Shown here: piece by piece, positions 1 through 13,349 of the stretch
Layout: every line of letters starts with the position of its first letter
How positions within the stretch are numbered: the first letter of the stretch is position 1
Assembly (NCBI GenBank): GCA_965153355.1
Contig: OZ231126.1
Location: forward strand, 28,086,001-28,150,000
Length of the DNA: 64,000 bases
DNA from: Flaccisagitta enflata
Taxonomy: Eukaryota
Direction: 5' to 3'
The notes under the pieces: model-generated
The model's input: the letters and a program-made list of their open reading frames with translations, nothing else
Told to the model about the DNA's origin: nothing
Database searches by the model: none
Program-made: the position numbers and the translations under genes

Positions 1-147
1 GCTAGAGAGCGTATCCACGTGTGACAACCCCTAGCAACCGCTAAACGAGCGACATTCTTACAGAACATACTGTGGGAAAATTGTAGCAAATTTGATTGTA
101 GGCAATGTTGATTGTTGATTGTAGGCAATGTTGCCTCATAAAATTTC

Positions 148-185
148 TCAAAATATTGATACTTTATAAAGTATCAATATTTTGA
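148..185. repeat. Perfect 38-bp loopless palindrome
   Basis: tcaaaatattgatacttta|taaagtatcaatattttga; the two 19-nt halves are exact reverse complements. Confidence 0.9.
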
Positions 186-2922
186 AATAAGTTTCCATAG
201 CAAGCAACTATCATGGGCAATAAAGCATCATTTTATAAGGTTATGTTCCAAATATCAATCCTCTGGTTAAATTTGTTAATCTACAATGCTTGCCCCCGTT
301 ATCTCAAGTCAATACGAGATCTACTGTACAGACCTGGGGTTGGTCTAGAATAAAAGATTTTTTGAAAATCTTTAAAAATGACTCAGCTAAAAATAGTTAA
401 GATAATTTTTTTTATCTGTTTTATAAACAAATAAAGAGGTGCGTCTTTTTTTTATCCACGTTGTAAATGACTAGGTCATGCGACCGCTGTTTTTTTTTCT
501 TGTTTTTTTTTTGCGATCTGTTGCATTTATCAAAAATAAGGATAAGACAGAACGCTGTGTCAAGATCGCACTAGCACTTTTTTTCCCAAAAAAAGTTTGT
601 ATTTTCTCAATTTTATCATGTAGACCAATAATGACTGAAAATGAAAAAAGAAGGAATGAAATAAACCAAAACAAAACCATACTCAGGCAGTTTTGAACCA
701 TGGCATCTTATCTTTTCTTTTTGATAATCGTTTCTTTGAGGAAAAGAAACTTTTTTTTTTGCCATATTAAAAAAAACGTGTTACAGAGATTGAAAATTCG
801 ATCAACACAATAGAACCGCCATGACTTGTTTAAAGGCGATTGTTCCACCCTATGAAATGTCTTAGTACGTTTGGGAAACGAACAATAAAACCAAATAAAA
901 CTTATTATTAAATGGGCCATAACTTTTTTTAGTTTTTTTCTATGGAGATTCCTGTTGTTCATATTGCCTATTTAGGACGTAAGCCCACTTAAACTGGGTC
1001 TTACTAGTATTGCAGCAGAAAAATTTCAAAGGCATTTTTTTTTCAATGAGGAATCTAATAACAAGAAAGACTAATTGTAACAATTTAATATCCAAGACGC
1101 TGTAACAAAAAAAAAGTGGTTTACCTTTTTTTTTGGGAGTGAGAATTTCTTTCTGTCCTTTATAACTGAGTTTATAAAGACGTAGCATGATGGGTTTAAC
1201 ATAATGTATAAATTTGGTATAACGGGTTCAAGTACGGATAAATGAATCTACAAAAGTATTAATAAAACCAGAGGCTGATGGAGTTTATCTTGACTGTTTT
1301 ACTTGATGAATTATTAGATATACAATAAGTGCTATTATCAGCAAAACTTCTTGAGGGCGACATGCAAATACAGATTTCTTTTTGTCCAAGGATGAGAGGG
1401 CTGGAACGTGATCTGAAAAATTCGAAGCTCTCCTTCATATTGGTAATGGATTTGCAGAATTTTCTATTTCATTTTTTTAACTTTAATTATTAGCGGTGTA
1501 AATATTCCATCGGTCATATAAATACTCGTATGTAGAAGCTGGATAGTTGGCAAAGCTATTGGAATAAGTATAATGATCAACATTTCACTTGAGCAAAAGT
1601 TCTGGAGATGGAATAGACTACTTATCTAGAAAATGCAATTTTGTTTTATCTCATCAGTCACACTCGTCAGTTTCAACCCTGTTTAAAGAACTTCGTAAAA
1701 ATTCCTAAGCTCTACATTTGAGTTCCAATAATTGATTTAAAAAATCAACATTTTTCAGGGATTTAGAAGGGTTTTAAGAACAAAATGATGGGATTGAACC
1801 TTAAGACGGGTTTAAAAAGATAAATAAATAGTGACATGAATACATAATCGACATGTCAATATCATTTCACACAATCACAACAGTTAGCATGTTGGTCAAA
1901 ATGTCCCAAAAACATGTTGCAAAAGTACCGTATAAAAGTATAAGTTATAAAACTTGGGAGAATCATACTGATGTGGCCGGTTTAGATGATAACAGAGCAA
2001 GAATAACAAGTATTTATGTTTGCATTGGTGTGGATGTAACAGGATTTCCCCGTGCCGTACTACCAGTAAAGCGTTTGTGACTAGTTCCGTATAGGATTAC
2101 GTTCATGGTTGGCTACATAACAACGAGACAATAGTTCAAACCCAAAAAATGAAGACCACGCCATTTCATACTGAAACTACCAAAAAAAAACAAAAAAAAA
2201 AAATTCAATAAACTAAAAACAATTGGGTGAGAATCACAGATTTTAGGGGTTACAAAATTTCAAAAGACTTACTCTGAGATCTAAAAACAGCAAGGTATCA
2301 ATTTGGGTGTCACTATTTAGTTTCCTTCAGACATCAATGCATCCATACTACTACTCTAATTCGTATAACACAACAACTGGTATAAAAAACCGTTTTCTCG
2401 TCTCATTTTGTCACTGGAATTTCAAAACATGATCCAAAAGGAGGGCACATATTTCACAACTCTTGTAGGGTTTCTCGTTGTACCAAAACTAATGATATCC
2501 AACGCAACAGCAAAAATATCATAAATGGTAAAATGAACTCCTTATTACAATTTATGCTCAGCCCATAAGGGAGAAACATTGATAACCCTCAAGGCATACC
2601 TAAAATTAATATTGCTAATGGAGTTACACAATTGAAACCAAACCTCTACTTTGTTTAAACAGCTTAAACGGAACAAAATCTAAAATTGATGATAATTATC
2701 ATGGTTTGTAACATGTCAATAAGCACGCGTTGTTTGCCATCAATTTTGGCACATAGTGAATGAATACCTATGAAAACAATTTTGGCGATTGGAAAAACAG
2801 GGCAAGTTTAGGACTAATGGGACTATAAATGGAAATGAATGCGAGGTCAACCCCGTCTTGATAGTGATAAAAAAAAATCCCATAGCCGCATTGAGTAATC
2901 TTACCCCTTCCCCCCTAAGTTC

Positions 2923-3101
2923 GCAGAGAAATCTGCACTGGCTTATCGAATAGAGCTACTGACCCCAGATTTGCCTCATTAGAAAAAGTTGTCACACGTC
3001 TTCCAAATAAGTTCAATCTGGGGTCTGTAGTTCAAGTCGTTTAGAAACAGTGCCCCTACGGAGTTGATCCAGTATTTAAAGACAAAGCAGATTTCTCTGC
3101 T
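2923..3101. mobile_element. Small palindromic MITE-like element
   Basis: Outer IR gcagagaaatctgc / gcagatttctctgc and inner IR gaccccagatt / aatctggggtc. Confidence 0.5.
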
Positions 3102-3446
3102 CACCCTGTTAGCTAATGCATAAAGAATGGAAGCATAATCTGATTGTCTTCTTTTTTTTTCACTTCATCTGAACTGAATGTAGCCTTTGAACATGGTGAC
3201 TACAAGCAGCGTAATTGGTAATTGCCAGGGGCTGTTTTGGAAAATGTTTATGATGGAAGCAATCTTGGATTTGGCGATCGATGAAGAGGACAATGACGAA
3301 AATGACGGAGACTTGGAATGACGTAAGAAGTTCGTGGATGGAATGTGGCCTAATGCTGGACACACAAAAAAAAATGGGGAAATTGCTTCATTAAAAGACA
3401 TCTACTAAAAGACATCTAGTAAAAGACATCTAGTAAAAGAAATCTA

Positions 3447-4732
3447 CCATCTTGCTCAAAAATATCGTGTCACCTTTATGCCCAATTTGTGACCAAACAA
3501 CTGTAAAAAACACATTGAAATCAGTGACCATTAGAAAGAGCAAGAAAAAATCTTCAAAATGCTACCAAGCAGAGCTCAGTAGCTCGATTATTTCAGATTT
3601 TAGAGCTAAACAGGTCGCCCAAGGGCAATATGTGGTCAGCGATACCCGTTGCCCTGCTTTGAGTGATTGTGAATTGGAGGGAGGGGGAAGCAGGGCAGCG
3701 GCCCCGAAGAGGACGAAGTCCTGTAGAACACAGGGGGACTTTCGTTCGTCCTGCCTGAGAAAGAGGATGAGATGCTATAGAGGGCTGACCAAAGGCCTTC
3801 AAGAGCCTAAACTGAGGTCTAAGAAGGTTGATATAAGGCCTAAGAATGCCAATTGGAAGCTTGAGAGGGCTGACTTGAGGCTTGGGAGAGCTGGATCAAA
3901 GCTTAAAATCAGACTGATTTGAAGCCTGAGAGCAATAAATTGAGGGTTAGATTGCTGATTTGAAGCCTGAGAGGCCTACTTTGAGGCCTGAGAGGCCAGG
4001 TTTGAGGCCTGAGAATTTAGATTTGAGGTCTGAGAGGCCTAATTAGAGGCTTGAGAGGCCAGATTTGAGGCCTGAGAGGTTGAATTTGAGGCTTGAGAGG
4101 CAAAATTTGAGGCCTGAGAGGCGAGATTTGAGGCCTGAGAGGCCAGATTTGAGGCCTGAGAGGCCAGATTTGAGGCCTGAGGGGCCTGAGGGGGGGGGAC
4201 GCACGGACAAACGAACAGACGGACGGACGGACGAACGAAAGTCCCCCTGTGTTCTACAGGACTTCGTCCCCTTCGGGGCCGCTGCCCAAAAAGTAAAAAC
4301 GTTCATGTCTATAAAGAGCAAAAAATATGCAAAAAATGAGGAGAAGAACATTTACCTGTTCATTTTTACTTTTTCTATGCTTATCATTGTAAAATCATAT
4401 AAAAATTGGTGACCAATGTATAGAGCTTTGAAAGATATGTCAAATGCCGCCAAGCAGATTTTTCTAGTACAAACTATTTGAATTTTATTTCAAAATGAAT
4501 ATACATGGGTAAGAAAGTGATGAAAAAAAAACTGCTGGAAAGTTTGAAGAACCGGTTCTACAAAATTGTATATAAATCCTTCATCTATAGCTTCCCAATT
4601 GAATACAAATGGTATATGGTACCATAAGAGCTTATAGTAAATATTTTTGCAGAAATATATATCTTTTTATCAGAAATAACAACAATAAACAATAATCTTG
4701 TTTTACTGAGACGATATTTTTGAGCAAGATGG
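3447..4732. mobile_element. Tc1/mariner-type MITE with TA target duplication, inserted in a 14-bp tandem repeat
   Basis: TIRs ccatcttgctcaaaaatatcgt / acgatatttttgagcaagatgg are flanked by TA on both sides. The aaaagacatctagt repeat to the left resumes to the right. Confidence 0.85.
3609..4292 (-). mobile_element. HINE/DINE-1-like element, family A, nested in the MITE
   Basis: Sub-terminal IRs gggcagcggcccc / ggggccgctgccc, GTCY microsatellite, internal 21-bp array (tttgaggcctgagaggccaga), ends in T/A runs, no TSD. Confidence 0.8.
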
Positions 4733-5627
4733 TACTAAAAGACATCTTGTAAAAGGGCTTGCGTTGGTTGGTTGGTCCATAACGCAAACAGTCCATCAGG
4801 CGCTCATGTTGCCCTACTTAACCTTGTTTGTGAAGCGCTTTCATCACGAGGAAAGGTCAGTCTGGTTTGTTCCAAAAGGTAAAAAAAGTTCTCTTTCAGC
4901 CTTTATCAATCTCAATCCTAGCCTCATGCGAGCCTAACCGTGACCCAACTTTCCCTGAAATTGGTTTTTAAGCGGAACAAACAATACAAACATTTGTTCT
5001 CGTTATATTCTCCAGACGGATAAACGGATCTATGGATGGGTGACGGATGCAATGTAATAAGGTTCATGGGACATTTGGATCACATAGCTTTTGTTTGAAA
5101 ATGCTTTTCATCCCGCTTCTCCGAATTAGAGTGGCTAATTTCCGTATTGACTAATGTGAATTATCAGAATATCCTTACCTGTGGTTGGTGCGGCATTACA
5201 TAAGTCACCTTTGCAGAAACAAATATGGCCGCCTTGTTTTATGTTGGAGCGGCAAACCTCATCTGGAATGTGCAAGGTGATGTCCATGTCATCTTTGCAT
5301 GTTCGCGTAACGATGTGACTGCCTGTGAGACGAAAATTGAGTAGTAAATACTGATAAATATAGACATAGAAATTGACGAAATAGTCTTAAGGACTTGAGG
5401 TTGTCTAACTTTAAATAATAAGGTCGAAAAAGCCGGGCCTTAAGGCCTGTTTCCGAATTGATGGTTCAACAAAAGACAAAGCTATGACCAATGTGTGCGC
5501 TTCGCTGATGGAGAATATGTAAATGAACGTTTAGAATGAATCAATTAATGATTAGATAAATGAACGACTGCATTTAAATCAATCTGGGCAGGCATGAGAG
5601 GTGGCAGGCATGAAGATCGAAGAAATA

Positions 5628-6484
5628 CAGTGGGAACCCGATTTAACGACCTTGAAGGGACTGGGGAATTTTGGTCGTTAAATCCGAGTGTTGTTAAATC
5701 GAATATACAGTTTTAGATATTCTTAATGAAGATAGTTTTGAAGTATGCTTTCATATATTTGTACATGAATCCACTTTAGTTTTTGAGCAACTGGTCAAAA
5801 CATACAAAAGTACATGTTTCTGTAAAGTATATGCTTCCACTCATATACTCACCAGTCCATGCATATTAGAAAATATCATATGTAATGAATCTTTTATCAA
5901 ATTATTTCATGTAAAATCGATTAGAAACCTCTTAGTCCATGATTTTGCATCACTTTGTAAAATGTCTTTACTTTTATTTTCATGATGAAGAGTTACAGCG
6001 CAAGTTTGCAAAAAAAAAAAATTCCCTAGATTTAACACTTTCACTATGGGAATCATTATCAAAGGCCAAGAGAAAAAAAGAGAGGAAAGACAAAATGAGG
6101 TCTTTATATTTTAGTCTTTCAGCTCTTGTTTGAAATATTTGAGTGTTTATTTCTAACTCTTTTTTTTTTTTTACAGATTTTTATGAATTTTTTTTCGAAT
6201 TTTTTACGAATATATTTGAGCAAATTAAGACCAATTGGTAATGAATGAAAATTTTTAGCAAAAGAAAATTGTCAATTAAGAAGTTGATGTCACTAAATCA
6301 GGTTAAGGTCATCCATGGGACTTAAAAATAGCGACTTTAAATCAGGTTTGGATGTTAAATCAGGTGTTGTTAAATCGAGTAAAATTAACATTACAAAAGC
6401 CTGTAAAAATTTGGGACCAAAGAAACATAGCTGCTAAATCCGAAATGTCGTTAAATCAGGTGACGAAAATGCGGTAGTCCACTG
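5628..6484. mobile_element. pogo/Tigger-like MITE
   Basis: TA-cagtgg ... ccactg-TA termini and repeated sub-terminal gatttaacgac / gtcgttaaatc motifs. Confidence 0.75.
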
Positions 6485-6607
6485 TATGTCGAAATCGACA
6501 ATTTTGCGCAGTTTTAAAAAACGGACTAAACCAACCGACCGACCAACCAACCCACGGACGGGCAGACAAGACCTCTTTTAGATGTGCGAGGTCGCACATG
6601 ATAACTA

Positions 6608-6793
6608 CAGTCGAACCCCGCAATAACGGTGAAAGCGATGGAAAAAGCGATGAAAAAAGTTTTACTGTTATAGGCGGATTTCCACTAAAGATATTTTAAA
6701 GAAATAACATATTAACATGATGGGACTAAGATCTCATACCTGTTGTAGGTGGATTTCTATTATTCTACGACCCGTTACGGAAGGGTATAACTT
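6608..6793. mobile_element. Short degenerate pogo-like MITE
   Basis: TA-cagtcgaaccccgcaataacgg start; decayed complementary end ccgttacggaagggtataactt. Confidence 0.5.
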
Positions 6794-7494
6794 TAACTAA
6801 AAGACCCCCTCCTATGTATCTGTAATTGTCACAACATTTAACATTGGCAAAATATACCCGCACATTGAAATGATATTGGTTGAGGTCACTAACCTTTTGG
6901 AGATATTTTACTGTACTTGACGCAATAAGTCCCTTTACAAGTCTTTTGAGGAATGATAGGATCGGTTTTGTTGAAGGGATCGTCGCACCCCAAATATGTC
7001 AATGAGTCACACTTGTAGCATTGCAACGTATCTGCATAAAGTAGAATTGAGTAGTTATTTTATTGGAAATAAAGAAAGAATGTCAAAAAAAAAAAAAAAA
7101 AAAAAAAGAATACAAAAAAAAAAGTAAAGTCAAATGGGTGAATTGCACTATGTCAGATTTGGCTCAATTTACGCAGGGGTTGATCGTAGTGTACCTTATA
7201 TTGTCTACGTTAAACGATGTAAGTCTACTTTTTTCTCTGGAGTCAACCGTTTATGAGTTTCACATGACCCATCTTTTTAGCGCTCGACGTTTCGCGGTAA
7301 ACTAAAAAAGAATTCGCTGTTTTTGAGGTTGTTCTTAGACTGGAAATCTTCTTCAACTTTTTTTGAAAGGGGAAAGAAGACTCGTCATCTCAATTAAAAT
7401 CTTAGCCCGGAAAGAGATCGATTGGCCCTTCTTTTGTTGAGATGTCTTATTGTGTACTATAACAGTCCTGACATAAGAAACCAGATACAAACCA

Positions 7495-7722
7495 AACAAG
7501 GCCGGATACACGGCTACCGAAGTTGCGTGCGGGTGGGCAGGGGCCATATTTGAGGCCACTCCATCATTTGGGCAGGAGCAGTAAGGCCATAGACCCCGAA
7601 GACCCAAAAAAAGTAAAGTGTGATGGACGGACTGACGGACGGACGGACCGACAGACGGACGGACCGACGGACGGACGGTCCGACAAAGCGGGTTGTAGAG
7701 TCGCATAGCACGCGACTAAAAA
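7495..7722 (-). mobile_element. HINE/DINE-1-like element, family B
   Basis: One end is the hairpin agtcgc..gcgact plus A-run, then a GTCY block; the other end is aacaaggccggatacacggc (stem-loop gccgtgtatccggc). The family recurs many times in the window. Confidence 0.8.
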
Positions 7723-8379
7723 TTAATTGATGGCGAGTGGTCAGGGGGCAGGAGTGCGGGTGGGCAAAGGCTGTGATGCACAGAAATCACAATTTTGACT
7801 AATTTTGCGTTATATAAATTTCACATTTCCGACCCATTTTCTCCTTTCGTTCGATTGTAGTTTTTTTTTTTCATTTTTTATTTGGTTCTTTTTTTTTTTT
7901 TTTTTTTATTTGCTTATCTTTTTGTTAGATTTTCTGTTAGTTTCTTTTCTTCGTTCGATCATTTATTTCTTGGTTGGAACATCAGTTTTTTTGTTCGTTT
8001 TTCCTTTGTTCAAACCTTCTTTTCTTTGTTCAAACCTTCTTTTCTTTGTTTGGTCCTTCTTTTCTTAGTTTGATTCTTCTTTTCTATGCTTAATCGTTCC
8101 TTCTTCGTTCGATTGGTCTTTTTCTTGCTCGATCATCTTTTTCTTTGCTTGATAGCTCTTTCCTTTTTTGATTGTTCAATCGCCGTTATTTGTTTGTTTG
8201 TTCAATAGCGTTTTTTGTTCGTTCAATTGCGTTCGTTTGTTTGTTCATTTAATCTTGTTTGTTTGTACATTCGTTCCTTTTTTTGTCGTTCGTTTGTTTA
8301 TTTGTTTGTTCTTTTTTTCGTTTGTTCATTTGTTTGTTTGTTCGTTTGTTTGTTTGTTCGTTCATTCATACGATTGATC

Positions 8380-8803
8380 GATCGATCGATCCCTACAATT
8401 TACAATCGCCTTGGGTACAAATTAAGCGCAGCTTGAGGCTGGGATATGAACCTTGAGGCTTAGATTTAGGTCTCACGGCTGGGATTTGAGCCTAAAGGAT
8501 TAGATTTGGGCCTCAAGGCTGGGATTTGGGTCTCCACGCTAGAATTTGGGCCTTGAGGCTAGGATTTGGGCCTTTCGGATAGAATTTGGGCCACAAGACT
8601 GGGATTTGGGTTTTGGGACAAGAATTTGGGCCTCAAAGCTGGGGGGGGGTACGGACGGACGGAGGAGAAAATTCCTTATATGTGTGAAAGCATAGGTCAT
8701 CGAATCCTTTAGGGCCGCTGCCCAAAAAGGGGACCAATCAACCGACCAACCCACCGTCGGACAAACAAAGCAGGGTATAGAGTCGCGTAGCTTGCGACTA
8801 AAA
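8380..8803 (-). mobile_element. Composite HINE (family A inserted in family B)
   Basis: A 21-bp array and agggccgctgcccaaaaa are joined directly to ggggacc-GTCY-agtcgcgtagcttgcgact. Confidence 0.7.
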
Positions 8804-8899
8804 AGAAAGAAAAAGAATTTTAAAAAAAGATTAAAATGAAACTTATGTAAATGCTCGTGAATGTGTTTGAGTGTCCTTTTTTCTCGTATGTGCGTGTTT

Positions 8900-8925
8900 A
8901 CGTGCGTGCGCGCGCGCGCGCGTGC

Positions 8926-8972
<47 letters not shown>
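8900..8972. repeat. Alternating purine-pyrimidine tract, (CG)n core followed by (TG)n
   Basis: gtgcgtgcgcgcgcgcgcgcgtgcgcgtgtgtg... Confidence 0.9.
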
Positions 8973-8973
<1 letters not shown>

Positions 8974-9041
8974 CACACACTATGTGCGATGAGATACGCA
9001 TCATTAGTGCCACATAACTTATGGTTGTTATCGCTGTGTTA

Positions 9042-9201
9042 TGTCCGTCCGTCAGTTTGTTGGTCCCCTTTTGGGCAGCGGCCCCGAAGGGGCCGATGAC
9101 CTATGCTTTCACACATATGGAAAACTTTCTCCTTCTCCTTCTTCTCCTTCTTCTTCTCCGTCCCCCCCCCCCCGCCTGGATTGCCGTGTATCCGGCCTTG
9201 T
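9042..9201 (+). mobile_element. Internally deleted composite HINE (A 5' part, B 3' end)
   Basis: GTCY-ggtcccctttt-gggcagcggcccc ... gccgtgtatccggccttgtt. Confidence 0.7.
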
Positions 9202-9310
9202 TTATCATAACTCTTTGTGATTGTTTTTTTTTATACATTTGAGTGATGGTTTCCGGTTTGTTTGATATGTCACACTATATACTTTTGCAAAAGAAATGTT
9301 TTTTTTTTTT

Positions 9311-9387
<77 letters not shown>

Positions 9388-9498
9388 CAGTGTAAGTGTA
9401 CTTTTTTCTTTTTCGTCGCGAACAAGCAACTCTATAGAAAAAAAATCATTTCTTTTTTATCATTCTTAAGTTTCTTTTATTTTTTCTCTTGCCTATTT

Positions 9499-9530
<32 letters not shown>

Positions 9531-9845
9531 TTTTTTATTCCCTTCTTTTTCTTCCATGTTTTTCCGACAAGCTTCATGCATTTCCGAGGAGCGGCGCTCC
9601 TCGATCCTTCAAAACGCCGGAGGGTAACCCCGCCATACTTGTTTCTCTCTTTTTTACTATCCGTAAATAAAAAAACAAAAAGTTATGGACCGAGGGACTG
9701 ACTGATGGACCGACTGACAGACAAAGGCATACAAGCTCCCGGCAGATATTTAGTCGCGTGCATGCAACTCTAGAACCCGCTTTGTTAGTCCCTCTGTCCA
9801 TCGGTTGGTCAGACCCCATTTTATTTTTTTGGCCACATCGAGTTA

Positions 9846-10451
9846 CTATCTTTGCCAAAGAAATCTTTACTCATGTTTTAACTAATATCTCTAGTTATAC
9901 TGGCCTGATCTTTAAAAAAATTGGTGACCAAATTATAGCCCTACAAATTTGCAAGCAATCTACACAAACCGCATGTCTTTAACTCAATTTGTTCAAAAGT
10001 TATTTGATTTTGAATGAAATAGTTCAATCTTGCTGTTTCCATTTCTACAAATCTTCAAATGATATCATTTCACTATTTATTAAATAATTTCTAAAAGCAT
10101 TGAGATAGACAGATGCGGTTTGCGTAGACCCCCAAATATGAAGGGCCCCCAAATTTGAAGGGCTTCAATTATGTCACCAATTTTTCAATGATTTGAAGAG
10201 TCTCTTTGGAGCTTTAAGTCTAAATGTAATGAAGATGAGGTATCACGAAAATGGCGAGTATGGTCGGTAAGGCTATCACCCCAAATATCTCGAAAAGCTC
10301 TACAAATTGCTTCCCTATCAAATGACGGCCGTGATCCAGTCAAAAGGGGCTCACATTTAACATTGATGGCTTTAAAATCGATTTATATTCATTTTTTACA
10401 CCAATGAATGAACTTATTATAAAAGAGTAAAGATTTTTTTGGCGAAGATAG
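9846..10451 (+). mobile_element. Internally deleted Tc1-family transposon with transposase C-terminal remnant
   Basis: TIRs ctatctttgccaaagaaatctttactc / gagtaaagattttttggcgaagatag with TA flanks. About 10274-10366 translates as HPKYLEKLYKLLPYQMTAVIQSKGAHI, matching the Tc1 C-terminal pattern L..SMP.R..AVI..KG.HTKY. Confidence 0.8.
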
Positions 10452-10469
10452 TATTTCTCGTTGTGGTCT

Positions 10470-11880
10470 ATAACATAGCCTTGAAAATTCCTTTGGTGTA
10501 GTGAGTCGTTCGTCGTTTGTCGTCGTTTGTGTCAACCCTCGAAAACTTGAGAACCAGTACTCAGATGTTGATGAAACTTGGTCAGTGTTATTTTTAGGGC
10601 GTTACTAACTTGTGTACCAACTTTCAACAACATTCATAAATATCTAATACCCTTTTCCTATTATTTTTGTAGTAATGTTAATTCCTGGACTGCTTTTCAA
10701 TTTTTTGTTGAATGTTTATTTTGATTTTGGTAATTGTATGAGTTTTCTAGGATGAATTGTTGCACATGTCACATAGGGGAAGGGTAGTAAAGGTTCACCA
10801 ATGTTGTTCAAACTTGTTGTGAACGTCCATTGTATCAATTAAAGCTCCCCTGTAAGATTTCAGTAAAATCTGAGTATTGGTTACGAAGATATAAGGCTAT
10901 TTATGATTTATCAGGTCTAGTAACATTATTTCCTGGACTTAAAAAAATTTCTTTTTTTTTCTTTTGAAAAAAAAAGAATTTTTTTGAATTTTTTTTTTTT
11001 TGAATTTTTTTTTTTTTTGAAAAATCTTGTGGTTATCTTCTTTTATTGTTATACTTTTCGGTATGCTATCATGGACTTCAAGGTGTGCAATCATGGACTT
11101 CAAGGTGTGCCATCATGGACTTTATTCGTATGCCATCATGGACTTGGAGTTATGCCATTATGGTCTGATCTATTAGCTGGGTCTGCTTGAGTAGCCGGGT
11201 CTGCTTGAGTAGCCGGGTCTGCTTGAGTAGCCGGGTCTGCTTGTGTAGCCGGGTCTGATGGAGTAGCTGGATCTGGTTGAGTAGCCAGGTCTGGTTGAGT
11301 AGCCGGGTCTGGTTGAGTAGCCGGGTCTGGTCGAGTAGCTGAATCTCGTCGAGGAGCTGGGTCTGGTTTAGTAGCCGGGTCTGGTTGAGTAGCCAGGTCT
11401 GGTCGAGTAGCCTAGTCTGGTCGAGTAGCCAGGTCTGGTCGAGTAGCCGGGTCTGGTCGAGTAGCCGGGTCTGGTCAAGTAGCCGGGTCTGGTCAAGTAG
11501 CCGGGTCTGGTCGAGTAGCCGGGTCTGGTCGAGTAGCCGGGTCTGGTCGAGTAGCCGGGTCTGGTCGAGTAGCCGGGTCTGGTCGAGTAGCCCGGTCTGG
11601 TCGAGTAGCTGGGTCTGGTCGAGTAGCCCGGTCTGGTCGAGTAGCCGGGTCTGGTTGAGTAGCCGGGTCTGGTTGAGTAGCCGGGTCTGGTCAAGAAGCC
11701 GGGTCTGGTCAAGAAGCCGGGTCTGGTCAAGTAGCCGGGTCTTGTTGAGTAGCTGGGTCTGGTTGAGTAGCCAGGTCTGATTGAGCAGCCGGGTCTGATT
11801 AAGTAGCTGGGTCTGATCAAATAGTTGGGTTTATTTTCAATTAAGTAACTAAGATTTGGCCTTTAGTTTTTCAGCTTTTT
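10470..11880 (+). mobile_element. Probable HINE-like element carrying tandem arrays
   Basis: Starts with a gtcgtt microsatellite and a ttgatgaaacttggt core motif; contains ~21-bp (catcatggactt) and 18-bp arrays. Ends are uncertain. Confidence 0.4.
11170..11830. repeat. 18-bp minisatellite (gagtagccgggtctggtc), roughly 36 copies
   Basis: Directly visible; homogeneous in the centre and diverged at the edges. Confidence 0.95.
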
Positions 11881-13122
11881 TATGATTTTTTTTCTTTGAC
11901 CTCACTGCTCCTGCTTAAATGGTCTAGTGACCTCAAATATGGGCCCTGCCCACCCGCACGCGACATTGGTAGCCGTGTATCCGGCCTTGTTTTACTCATT
12001 TTTACTACGATTTCTTTTGATTTCTTTTGTCCCCTATTTTCTCCTCTCCGCCTAGTTGATAACAAGTTGGTTTTGATAAATTTTGGGTCGTACCATCACG
12101 AGCGTGAACGCGCGAAATGTCTTCAAAGAAAAAAAAAGTCACTGAGTTAGGATAGAAAATCACCATCAATAGTTTTCAACTACCTCTTATGAGACAATCT
12201 ACCAGTGTACCCTTCGCTCACTTTATCATCACTTATTTTTTATGAAAGGAACCGAGGTTTAAAGAGTCGTGATACATTTGAAATATATCTGAAATCTAGG
12301 ACTGAACCCTCAACTCAAATCGGAGAAGAAAATAGGAGGAAGTTTGCGATTTTTAAATGAGACAAAAATGCTTAAGCAACACAGTGGCAAACGTCGGCAA
12401 AAAAGTCCATGGAAAATAAAAAGGAACTTATGGGGGAAGACTGTCGGTGGAAGAATGTTCGGCGGGTCGCCCCGGGTACACCCCTAAAGAAGTCGATAAA
12501 TTTTCAAAAACACAACTTGATGCCACCGTCAATTAGAAAATTCTTACGGACATCTTCAATACATTCCCAGCACTGATATACATCGTCTGATGTAGGTTAT
12601 GCTTTTGGCGAAACCGCATGTATACGGATTTACACTACCCCTAGAATTTGGAAAAATTCATGGGGTCAATTTTTTAAGAGAAATCGCTGACATGGTTCAT
12701 ATTTTGTTTTGTACAATGATAATAGGCAATATAACATGTCATTACAGGAAAATATTTTTTTACCGAGTTCAGCCTTGTCAACCCTGTCATTCAAAAGCCA
12801 AATCTGACATAGTGAATTGCTAATATCAGTGTAAAAAAAAGTGGGAGCAGTGGTTCTACCCAAATTTTTAGATTAAACCAAGCAAGTTTTTAGATTTAAC
12901 AATATTGACGGCGCAAGGCCGGACTAGGCGCCGCATCAGATAAAATGTTGAGTCTTTTCGAGCTTCATGTTAAAACTTTTGCACAAGTTAAAAGTTCCAT
13001 CGATAAACGGATTTGCGACTTTTGTCGTTGTCGGAAGAGGAACCAATTTTGACTCCAAATCAAGATGGAAGCACTTCAATCCACGTCTATGTTTGAGGGT
13101 TAAAAAAGAATATCGCTATGAA

Positions 13123-13207
<85 letters not shown>

Positions 13208-13349
13208 GCTATAGATAATCAGTGTGTGTGCGTCTGTGTGTGTACCAGTGTATGTATGACTGTGTGTGGCTATGAATAATAAGTGTGAGCGCGTTTGTGT
13301 GTGTCAAAAGAGGAACCATTAGAAAATAGTCACCTCGATGGGAACCATC

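Noticed and set aside
470-3400. Short ORFs as transposase or host-gene remnants
   Set aside because: AT-rich with no recognisable motifs.
3452-4412. ORFs with RPERPDL/SGLKSGL repeats (also at 18855, 38716 and 61705)
   Set aside because: These are the 21-bp internal arrays of non-coding HINE elements.
11170-11830. 18-bp array as CRISPR or as a (STRPGY)n protein
   Set aside because: Units are contiguous with no spacers and no cas genes. Both strands are open simply because of the unit sequence, and there is no gene context.
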